A DNA stretch of 64,000 nucleotides. Origin: Octopus vulgaris. Its lineage: Eukaryota. Below the pieces are notes generated by a model, which worked only from the letters and a program-made list of their open reading frames with translations, had not been told where the DNA came from and did not search any database. Position numbers and translations under genes: made by a program. The stretch spans positions 213,900,001 through 213,964,000 of the forward strand of contig OX597815.1 of the NCBI GenBank assembly GCA_951406725.2, read 5' to 3'. Shown here piece after piece: positions 53,585-64,000 of the stretch; within the stretch, counting starts at the first letter, position 1, and each line of letters starts with the position of its first letter.

Positions 53585-53776
53585 CATACATACATACATA
53601 CATACATACATACATACATACATACATACATAAATACATACATACATATATACATACATACATATATACATACATACATATATACATACGTACATACATA
53701 GACGCCATGTATTATGTATGTATGTATGTATGTATGTATGTATGTATATATGTATGTATGTATATATGTATGTATG

Positions 53777-53810
<34 letters not shown>

Positions 53811-54971
53811 TGTATTTATGTATGTATGTATATATGTATTTATGTATGTATGTATATATGTATTTATGTATGTATGTATGTATGTATGTATGTATGTATG
53901 TATGTATATATGTATGTATGCTCACACACACATACAAACACATACAGACGCGAATACATACATACATACATACATATGTACACATTGTTTCTATTTTAAG
54001 ATTTGTTCGGTGCCTTCAGCCACACATCACCTTTGCCAGCTGAAAGTTTTTACTGCATAATAGTGTATAGATAATAGAATATTTCCACCACACACACACA
54101 CATAATACACACACACACACCTACACACATGCTTATGTGTTCGTGTGCGTATACGTGCATGCATGTTTGTGTACGTGGAAACACTTAACGTAATTGGTTG
54201 GGGGCGAGACCCAGGAATGTCAGGTTTTCGGCACTCGAACTGGACGATGCATTGCCAACTCAAACAAAGCATTTCATTCCACGTTGCTTTATTCCATTCC
54301 GCTGAAAGTAAGTACCACCGATTCCAGAGCATCTGGCTAGACCCGCGACCGACTGGCGTCCCGTGCACTGAGGGGTCTTACACGGAAACATGGCTACGCT
54401 CCGGACTAATGCTTCAGTAGGTTCGAAACCCATATTTTAACTTTATGTATGTATGTTTGTATGTATGTATGTATGCATGTATGTATGTATGTATGTATGT
54501 ATGTATGTATGTATGTATGTATGTATGTATGTATGCATGCATGTTCGTATGTATGTTTGTATTATGTACGTATGCTTGTGGGCGTAATACGTATGTACGT
54601 TACGTATACGTACGTGCGTGATATAATTATCGGTATCATATGCGATGTATAGCTAAAATATTTCTAATACTTCAAAAGTATTTTCTGGTGCATAACCTAA
54701 ATTGTAGTAATGTAAGTCATGTAATGAACATTGAAGGAGTAGCTTCCCCGCTGGGTAACAGCCACTTGCGCATATAGGGGAAACATTTCCCTTTGATAAC
54801 CAATTAATCAACACGTATGGTTCAGTTACTATTAGTTACTTCAGCAGAATGTCATATCGTACTGCTTCGAGATTTATTCGTAGTAAAACTCAATGAATAT
54901 TGAATTGCTTACGTTGAAAGCAATCACTTAAAACTTTAGATTACTGTAATCTGAATAAACAAATAAATAAA

Positions 54972-55310
54972 TCTATATATATAAAGCTGAAGTTGTCTGT
55001 GTATGTGTGGCAGGTTTGGTAGCCTTCAGCTAACACTATCTCCTCCGAGACCCTGCGGCGCAAGTTGACCAAAATTGAGAGTATGATAGAAGAAGGCTTG
55101 CTCTTCCTTCCGTAGAAGAAAAAATTAAAATCGGATCATGTTAACATAAAAAAAATTATTTACATTAAAAAGATGCTTTTGTTTTATGAAAATCCCTATT
55201 TTTTACGATTTTTTTACTGCTGTGTCGCCATTTTTCGGTGTATTTCAACCAGAAAAATGTTCACTTAAAGAGAATAACAAGTTACATAATGCAAAATTTT
55301 TACTTTTCAA
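54972..55310 (+). mobile_element. Second Helitron copy, 3' truncated
   Basis: A|TCTATATATATAAAGCTGAAG start, collinear with 28284-28645. Confidence 0.85.
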
Positions 55311-55387
55311 GTTCGACGGATTTGAGCCAATGAAGGAACATGTATATGGCAGCTCGAGCTGTTAGAAATAGTAATAATTTCTCCCTC

Positions 55388-55550
55388 GGGCGCAGGCATG
55401 GCTGTGTGAAAAGAAGTTTGCTGCACAACTACATGGTTCTGGGTTCAGTCCCACTGCGAAACACCTTGGACAAAAGTCTTCTACTATAGCCCCGGGCCGA
55501 CCCAAGCCTTGTGAAAGGATTTGGTAGATGGAAACTGAAAGAAACCCAAC

Positions 55551-55623
<73 letters not shown>

Positions 55624-55850
55624 CGTGCGTATGTCTGTGCGCGCGTGCGTGTCATTTTGAGTGTACTTTTCCTCCAGCACCGCTTCGCAATCGGTGTTGG
55701 TTACTGTACGTCCTCGGCAAAAGGACCGATAGAATAAGTACTAGGCTTCAAAAAATATACTGGGGTCGTTTTGCTCGACTAAACCCTTCAAGGCGGTACC
55801 TCAGCATGGCCTCAGTACTAAGACTGAAACAAGTAAATGATAAAAGGTGA
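55388..55850 (+). mobile_element. SINE-B copy
   Basis: Head, (TA)n(TG)n centre, tail. Confidence 0.85.
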
Positions 55851-56324
55851 AAAAGAAAGGGTCACAAGATTAATGCCAATAAAAAGAACGACAGACATTA
55901 TCATTGTTGGATACCTGACATCGTAGAAGCGCTCCATCATAGTTGGCCCGGGATGAATGACAACAGCGCTTCTTTAGACGTTGTAATACGTTTTATTTGT
56001 TTGCTTTTTGGCTTTAGTCTCTGTTTGTGCAGAACTATGATCCAAAGAACTCCATTTGTATACGTGTTGTCTTATTTTCAGAGATTAATATGTGGACCCT
56101 GCTCTTGGACTCAGAACGTAAGGGAAAGGGGGAAAAAAAACACTACAAGGCCTTCGTCTAAAGTCGTGCCTATACCTTTGCCCACTACCCTGTCAACCCA
56201 CTACGATAGTAGTAGTAGTAGTAGTAGTAGGAGGAGGAGGATGCGGATGCGGAGGAGGCGGAGGAGGCGGAGGAGGAGGAGGAGGAGAAGGAGGGGGTGT
56301 AACAACAACAACAGCAATAAAAAT

Positions 56325-56517
56325 GGTTTCAAATTTTGCATGAAGAGCAGCAATTTTTGGGGAGGAAAATAATTGATTACATCGAACCCAGTGCTCAACT
56401 GGTACTTATTTTATTGACCCCCTCCCCAAAGGACGAAAGAAATTTGAAATCAGAACGTAAAGACGGATGAAATGGTGTTAAGCATTTTATCCGGCGTGCA
56501 AACGATTCTGCCAGCTC
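56325..56517 (-). mobile_element. SINE-A copy
   Basis: ggtttcaaattttg tail through gattctgccagctcg head. Confidence 0.8.
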
Positions 56518-56572
56518 GGGGACAGTAGGAAGGACTTTTTAGCGTAAGTTGGCAATTTTTCTGAGTTTTTAC

Positions 56573-56631
56573 CTCATACAAAGCATTCTTGCTTGTTAAC
56601 GCTAAAGAAGATTTCCATCTGGAACGCTCAC
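56573..56631 (-). CDS. Candidate coding exon (59 nt, phase 1 to 0)
   Basis: Strong acceptor tttttccctctttatttcCAG, donor GAG|GTAAAA, frame ERSRWKSSLALTSKNALYE. Confidence 0.25.
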
Positions 56632-57539
56632 CTGGAAATAAAGAGGGAAAAACAATGATGCTAGGCAAATGATCCTCTACAGACGTTTGCTTAATTCTAC
56701 GTTTGCTTAATTGAGATGACCAGTAACCCATGAAACCGCTGGTTTTATATCAGTGTTCCCTCATCTAGAAGGATGCTGTGACAACATCTAGGGTGCCCTC
56801 ACTCTAGAAGGCTTAATGCTAATTAGCCCATAGCTGGAATCATAGCAAGTGCTATTACTGCAAAGGGTTCCATCTACAACACAGTTCCGTCGATGCGAGT
56901 ATCAACCAGTAAATACCGATAACAAAAAGAGAAATAATAATAATTTTTTCTAATTTACGCACAGAAAGCCAGCAATTTTTAAACGATGAAGTAAATCGAT
57001 ACAGTGATACCATTAAATGATTGGTATTTTTCTTTTTTCATCCACAGCGAGAGAATGAAAGGTCAAGTCGACCTCGTCGGAATAATAACATAAAGAGAAA
57101 ACAATAGAATGAGAGAGTGGAAGAAGAATAGAATATGAATATTTCAAAGTGATACAGTATTCTTACACCGTTTATTTATTTACTTCTTTATTACTATTGA
57201 TTGATATATTTATTGTTTAGCAGTAAAGTTCTTAAATTTTGAACTCATCTGAAATGCTGCCAGATTCCCAGATTGCAGGCTGAAGCCATTGATCAACGCA
57301 ATGTCGTTCCAAGGAGCTTAGCTGTGAAGTCACCAGGTTCTCATATTTCATTTATACTCCTGTCACCACCTCATATTTCTCCCGTTCCAGAAGAACTGGA
57401 TATTACTATCAAGTGATGACAGTAGTAGTAGTTGAGTTGGGGGTGGTGATGATGTTGGTGGTGGTGGTGGTGATGGTAGTGGTCGTGGTGATGGTGGTGG
57501 TGATGGTGGTATTATTATTATTATTACTATTAGTGGTAA

Positions 57540-57586
<47 letters not shown>

Positions 57587-57679
57587 ATAGTTGTGGTGGC
57601 GGTGGTGGTGCTGATGGTGATGGTGGTGGTGGTGGTGATGGTGGTGGTGGTGGTGATGATGGTGGTGGTGGTATTATTA

Positions 57680-58272
57680 TCGAACAGCTACTGTCACGTA
57701 TAGGACGGATCCGGCTATCAGCTGAATCCATAGTGAAGAATGCCCCGCCGACCTCCTTTAACAAGGAGGGCAAGGCCGTTTTCCTGTGCCTAGTGGTTGT
57801 GGCGAAGGAGGTTGAAAGGGCTAAAGTCAGACACTTTCCTCTTTGGTCAAGGCCTCATCAACTTTTTCAAGTTTTACTTGAAAAGGAAGATGAGGTTAGA
57901 GAGGGAAGTGATGTCTGATAGCAAGTTTTCTGAAAGGTGGGTGAATTGTGCAAGAATGGCCAGTATAAATGGACCAGTTCTCAGGTTTCGCCTGTAATTG
58001 AAAAAAGGTATTATAAAAGGAGAAAGGGGCTCTCTACCCCCCTTTTGACCAGGCTCCCGTGGCTTTTATGGGTTTTTCCACGTGAGACCTTTTCTTTTTT
58101 CGAAGCGTCTCCTCTATTGGGAGTTTTTTGTTGTTAAAAGTTTTGATTGTTAAACTGTTTTTTACTCGGTATTTTTTCACAAACGGACAAAACCCTTTGT
58201 AACCTTTCGTCCTGTTTTGTCCCTTTATGTTTTCCAATCATATTTGTCAGTCCTTGTGGCCAATAAAATGAA
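57680..58272 (+). mobile_element. 5'-truncated Tx1/L1-clade LINE (ORF2 C-terminus and 3' UTR)
   Basis: EQLLSRIGRIRLSAESIVK...FLCLVVVAKEV, frameshift, LKGLKSDTFL...FFKFYLKRKMRLERE...FSERW...*, then UTR ending ccttgtggccAATAAA. Flanked by tattattat on both sides within (GGT/AGT/ATT)n. Confidence 0.7.
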
Positions 58273-58300
58273 TTATTATTATCATTACTATTAGCGGCAA

Positions 58301-58348
<48 letters not shown>

Positions 58349-59103
58349 CAGCAGCTGACATTGCTATATGACTGATTTTAATTTATGATGAGAAAAAAAA
58401 CCCAAAACAAAACACGTTATTAAGCTGGATATTATTTTCAATGGCCATTTCCAGAGAAGGATAACTTTAATTACTACTGACACGACAAGGAATTCAAATT
58501 CTATGGACACCACCATTTAAGGACGGGAGTTGAAAGAGATGTCGCTTGAACAATATATCATTCTTTCCTGAAAGAGATGAATTTCTTTCTATCTTTCTTT
58601 CTTTCACTTTTTCTTTTTCCAAAGAAAGAAAGAAATTCTTTTCTAAAAAGATAAAAAGATGAAAATTATTTCAAATCGGTAGAAATTGGGATTTAGCAAT
58701 ATCAGGTAATATAGCATATATTGGGTGGTGAAAGTAGGAGGAAGAGAGAGAGGGAGAGAGAGGGAGAGGGAGAGGGAGAGGGAGTGAGGGAGTGAGAGAG
58801 AGAGAGAGTGCGTATGTGTATCTTGCACACACATGCACGCATACACACATACACACACACACACATGGTTATAATGGAATTGACAACAGGCTTCGCCAAA
58901 TTTACGAATATGATGTTAATCGATATGGACACATACACATACATAGACACATGCATGCATACAAACGTATTTGCATACACACACACAAAGACATACACAT
59001 AAACACACGCATAGCTCCATATATACGCACACACGCATAGCTCCATATATACGCACACACGCATACACAGATATAAACACATACATATCAACATATGAGT
59101 ATA

Positions 59104-59172
<69 letters not shown>

Positions 59173-59289
59173 GTGTATGTGTGTGTGTATTATTATATTT
59201 CGGGACGGTCATTATTACCAAATAAACACACGCACTATATATTCATTCTTCACTCGTTTATTACTGTTCATATTTTATCTTATGTCCAT

Positions 59290-59335
59290 TGTCCAGAAAT
59301 GTTTCATCACACATCTGTGACCTCTTCAGCGACAC
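59290..59335 (-). ncRNA. Minimal hammerhead-like motif (decayed)
   Basis: Minus ugucg-CUGAAGA-g-gucaca-gaug-ugugau-GAAAC-auuucuggaca has both core boxes and a 6-bp stem II. Confidence 0.6.
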
Positions 59336-59412
59336 TTTCCGTCCACGCGTATCTTTCAGCTCGGCTTAATCCATTCTACACACACACAGACACACAGACA
59401 CAGACACACACA

Positions 59413-59518
<106 letters not shown>

Positions 59519-59602
59519 CACACACTGTAGCTCTTTTCTTGCCCTACAACTTTTGCTAACGTTTTTGAAGTTCGAACAAAGTTTACTCCTTTTCAGACAA
59601 AA

Positions 59603-60780
59603 GATGATGGAGTGCCGAGTAGAATAAAAAGGAGCGCATTACACATCTTCTTCTCTTCGCTTTCAGTCTCTTCGCTTTCCAAAGCTGCTAAACCCGCTCG
59701 AGACATGTGCTGTGAACGAAGAAGGTGCTATCACTGAAAGAAGAGCACAAAAATGATTTTTACACTTCAATGAGAGGGAATTCAACCTCACAAATTCTGA
59801 GTTCCGGCCGACAGCTCCGGCTCAATGAGAATTGATTGCGCGAACTCATGCACGAGGGTCTGCAGCAATGCACTCGAGAATTGGCCCAGCAGATGGAATG
59901 TTTTCATTACACCGTCATCCGTCGGCTTCATTCAACGAATAAGGTTCAAAAGCTCGGGGCATGGGCCTCGACGCACTTTGAACGAATAAGACAAACTCCA
60001 GCGTTGCTCTATCGCTGCCAGTTTGCTCGCTCGACACCAGGGTACTCATGGCGATGAAAAACGGCGATGAAAAATGGTGTCTACAAGAAGTGAAAAGAAA
60101 AAGAAGGCGGCAAGTTGACAGAATCGTCAGTATGCCGGACGAAGTGCTTAGCGGCATTTCATCCGTCTTTACGTACTGAGTTCGAATGCCGTCGGGGTTG
60201 ACTTTGCCTTTCATCTTTTCGGGGTTAATAAAATAAGTACCCGTTGAACACTGGAGTGAATGTAATCGATTTACTCCCTCTCCGGAAACTGTTGGCCTTG
60301 GGCCAAAACTTGAAACCAATATGAAGTGGAAAGAAAAAGAAGGTGACGCGGTGGCAGAATCGTTAGCACATCGGACAAAATGCTTAGCGGCATTTCATCC
60401 GTCTTCGCGTTCTGAGTTCAAATTCCGTCGGGGTCGACATTGTCTTTCATACTTTCGGGGTCGATAAAATAAGCACTTGGGTCGATATAATCGACTTACT
60501 CCCTCCCCCGAAATTACTGGCCTTGGGCCAAAATTTGAAATCAGTATGAAGTGGAAAGAACGGCCGAGTCCCGATCCAGAGCTGCCTCGACGCAAGACAA
60601 TGATCTGCGTTTGGTACGATTAAGAAGGGCGAATAAATCCACTCTGAAATGCCTGAAAACAACCACACAGCCAATGCAGAACTCTACGTTCCGCAAACGT
60701 ACTGTCGCGACGGAATAATCAAGCTGAGTCGACTCGACCGACAATACGGTTTGCTTCTTAAACACGACAACGTTCGCATC
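59603..60780 (+). mobile_element. Degenerate mariner transposase interrupted by two tandem SINE-A copies
   Basis: HLLLFAF, TRELAQQMEC, KVQKLGAW, GDEKWCL, then SINEs at 60105-60317 and 60341-60542 bounded by gaagtg(a/g)aaagaa, then RKTMICVW, NAELY, LLKHDNVR. Confidence 0.85.
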
Positions 60781-61099
60781 ATATTTAGGCGCTAGGCGTA
60801 GCGACTACTGAAAAAGTGGTGCAGATTTGCTACAATTCTAAAGGTTAAGAACTACTGAGCGATATGATCAAATGCATAAGAAGAGACCCATGATAAAGCC
60901 TTTTCAGTTGTGGCCATCCGTGTTTCACCAGCCCCTTTTTTCTTTTTGCATTGCTTCCTCATTTAAACTGAAAGGTGCAATAAGAGGGAGATTTGGCTGT
61001 TATGTTTGTCGAACAATGCGCAGAAGCAGCCTTGTTTCGTCAGTTAATTGCTGGAGTCGAAAACGCAGATATTCATCTGACTATTATCTTTTATATTTT

Positions 61100-61545
61100 C
61101 CTTATTTCAGTCATGCGGTCATGCTGGGGCACCTCCTTGAAGAGACTCAGCCGCATAAATCGGGCCCCGGGACTTATTTTTTTAGGCCTGGTACTTATTC
61201 TATCGGTCTTTTTGTTGAACCCCTAGGTTACTGGAAGGTAAACACACCAACAACGCTTGTGGGGAACAAACACAGACACAAGGACCAACACACACACACA
61301 CACACACACTGAAGTGTGTGTGTGAGTGTATATATATATATATATATATAGATAGATATATAGATAGATAGATAGATAGATAGATAGATCTATACGACAG
61401 GCTTCTTTCAGTTTCTGTCAACCAACTCTACTCACAAAATTTTGGTCGGTCCGAGGCTATTAGTAGAAGACACTTACCCAGTGGGACCGAGCCCGGAACC
61501 GTGTGGTTAGGAAGCAAGCGTCTTACCACACAGCCACCTCTGTGG
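61100..61545 (-). mobile_element. SINE-B copy
   Basis: Reverse complement of the 29581 element with compound microsatellite centre. Confidence 0.85.
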
Positions 61546-62966
61546 CTATTAAAAAGAAAGAAAACACGATTTTAAGTAGGGAGCTCATATAGTGCTACAC
61601 ATGATTGGCAGCGACGAGAAAGTTTCAGTACTTTGCATTAAGTTCTTCGTTTTAAGCACCCTTGTCATTTCACAGTTTCAATGTCAAAATTTTAATCCTG
61701 CTCCAACTGGCGAAATGATTATCTCCCTTCTAATAGCTGCAACAGTTAAAGGGACTGAGTGTGTGAAATAAATCAATGAAAGGCACCAACAAGATTTCAC
61801 GTCAATGGTGCTCTATTAATTTCTTGCATTGCATTGTCTTTGGTTCTCAGCTCTTTGATGGAGTCGAAGGGGCGGCTTGGTAACTTACATAGTATCTTAC
61901 TTATTTTTAGACCAAGCAGGGGCCATCCATCTCCAACTCTTATTACAGTCGATTTCTTCAAGAGATAGAAAGACAGACAGAAAGAAGTAATGAGAGAAAG
62001 GGAAGAATCGAACCTGGAGGAGACTGGCACGTTATTTAGTGACCCCGAAAGGATTAAGGGTAAAAATATGACATCGCTCGGAATTTGAATCAGGGCATAA
62101 AGAATCAGAAGGAGCTCCGCCAAGAATTCTCTTCGATTCTCTAAAGACTATAGCCATTGGCTGCCTACAATGATTTTTTTATCAACAAATGTTATTTCTC
62201 CTGCTTTGTAACGGATGAATTAAATATACTGGATTCTCGCCAAATATTACCGGTGAGCGTAAAAACCAATAAGGTGACCTGTTCGAGTAAATCTAATCAA
62301 TTTTATATCCAGTTGTACAGTTGTAAAACCGATTGCGAAATGAAAATAAAACTAATACATGGCCACACGAGGCACTATCATTTAAAACAAAGCTAGCATT
62401 AATACGTTCTTTATAAGAGTCAGCTTTATAACCCGTTATTGCTGGCACGAGTCTCTATCATCAATAGATTTTTTTTTCTACATCTAAAATAACAAACCTT
62501 ACGTATAAACCCGTTTGAAGATTAGTGCGTGTAGGAATATCTATAAAGTTCACACCTCAGATAAATCATATTTAGTAAAACTAATGATAAATAAATAAGA
62601 AAAAGAAAATAATTTGAAGATCTATGGTGAGTGCGAGCATTCCATATATTAAACGATACATTTACAGAATCCTTTTGAAGTAATTTATTTTGTTGGATGT
62701 TATTTTATTCTATATATTGGATTTGGTATTTACATAGTAAGTTGCTTTGTATTAAAGAGATGCTTTGAAGTGGCAAAGTAAGTAGCAAGAGATTATATTT
62801 ACCAATGAAACTCTCTGTATTATGAAGAAAACATATTATATACTCAATAATATGCTTAGCCAATAAAATATCACTTTCAGCAGTTAGTCATCATAATCAA
62901 TCTGTGTGTGTGTCTTCATATATATATATGTATATATATATATACATACATATACACACACACACA

Positions 62967-63036
<70 letters not shown>

Positions 63037-63732
63037 TATATATATATATGTATATTTATATGTATATATGTATATATATATATGTGTAATATGTGTGTGC
63101 GCGCGCGTTTGTGTGTGTGCGTCTGTGTGTGTATAGATAGATAGATATTTATATGTATATATTATGTATATATGTATGCATCTATCTATCTTTCTCTTTA
63201 TATATACATGCATATGTATATGTATATGCATATATACAAGTGCATATATACATATATATATGTATATATACGTACATACATATAAATATTTGTGTGTATG
63301 TGTGTGTGCACGTGTATGTATACATGTGTTTATGTTTATGTATGAGTGTGTATATATGTATGTGTGTGTATGTGTGTGTATATATGTGTGTGAGTGTGTG
63401 TCTCTGTATTTATACATACTCACACGCACACAATATGTTTGTGCTAAGACAGGGAGAGAGTGAGAGAGAGAGAGAGAGAAAGAGAGCAGAGTAAGATTTA
63501 TGTATATTCCAATATTTGCGCTCAGGGTTGTGCCTGTAGCTTTGGCCTACAGTCACCACGAAGAAGCAAAGCTCCCTTCGAGAAGAGGCTCTTCAGAATA
63601 TTTGCCAAAAATATCTTTCTTTGCGACCAACTTATACTCAATTACTAATGACACCCAAAGGACTGTGTGTCTGCGTGTGCTTGTATGTGTGTGTGCTCGT
63701 GTGTGCATGTGTGTGTTTGTACAGACATGCAA

Positions 63733-63801
<69 letters not shown>

Positions 63802-64000
63802 AGTGACACAAGCACTATTAATACTGAATGGCAATCGTTATATCCTACTTAACAAAGATGAGTTAGAACGCCATATACTGCGGTATTCGCCTTGAGAGAT
63901 CCTCTCATAAAGACGTAGAATACTAAGAGCACAGGCAATGCATGTGTGTGTAAATGTATATATATATATACACATACATACGTATACAAAATTATCTAAA

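Noticed and set aside
61901-61955. STVIRVGDGW resembles the GAR/GAS2 motif STVMVRVGGGW
   Set aside because: Too short, with no flanking GAR residues. Kept only as an unnamed candidate exon.

Overview
AT-rich, microsatellite-dense animal DNA. The SINE, LINE and 5S sequences point to an octopus or another coleoid cephalopod (inference). I found no intact, recognisable host gene, and almost all ORFs in the track are microsatellite or repeat artefacts. The window is mostly transposon relics: RTE, CR1, R4/Dong, Tx1 and Penelope retroelements, Tigger/mariner/DD37D/hAT DNA transposons and MITEs, non-autonomous Helitrons, and several tRNA-derived SINE families. Main observations: (1) two LINE-SINE partnerships can be read directly here. 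A Tx1-like LINE 3' end matches the tail of a SINE that repeatedly sits at the same nucleotide inside its own family's head. A second LINE, split by a young CR1 insertion, supplies the tail of another SINE and of a 5S rRNA-headed chimera (candidate SINE3). (2) Several decayed hammerhead-ribozyme motifs of the Penelope/retrozyme type are present. (3) There are several inverted repeats and palindromes. (4) A speculative chain of short minus-strand exons may belong to a large host gene. All alignments were done by eye.
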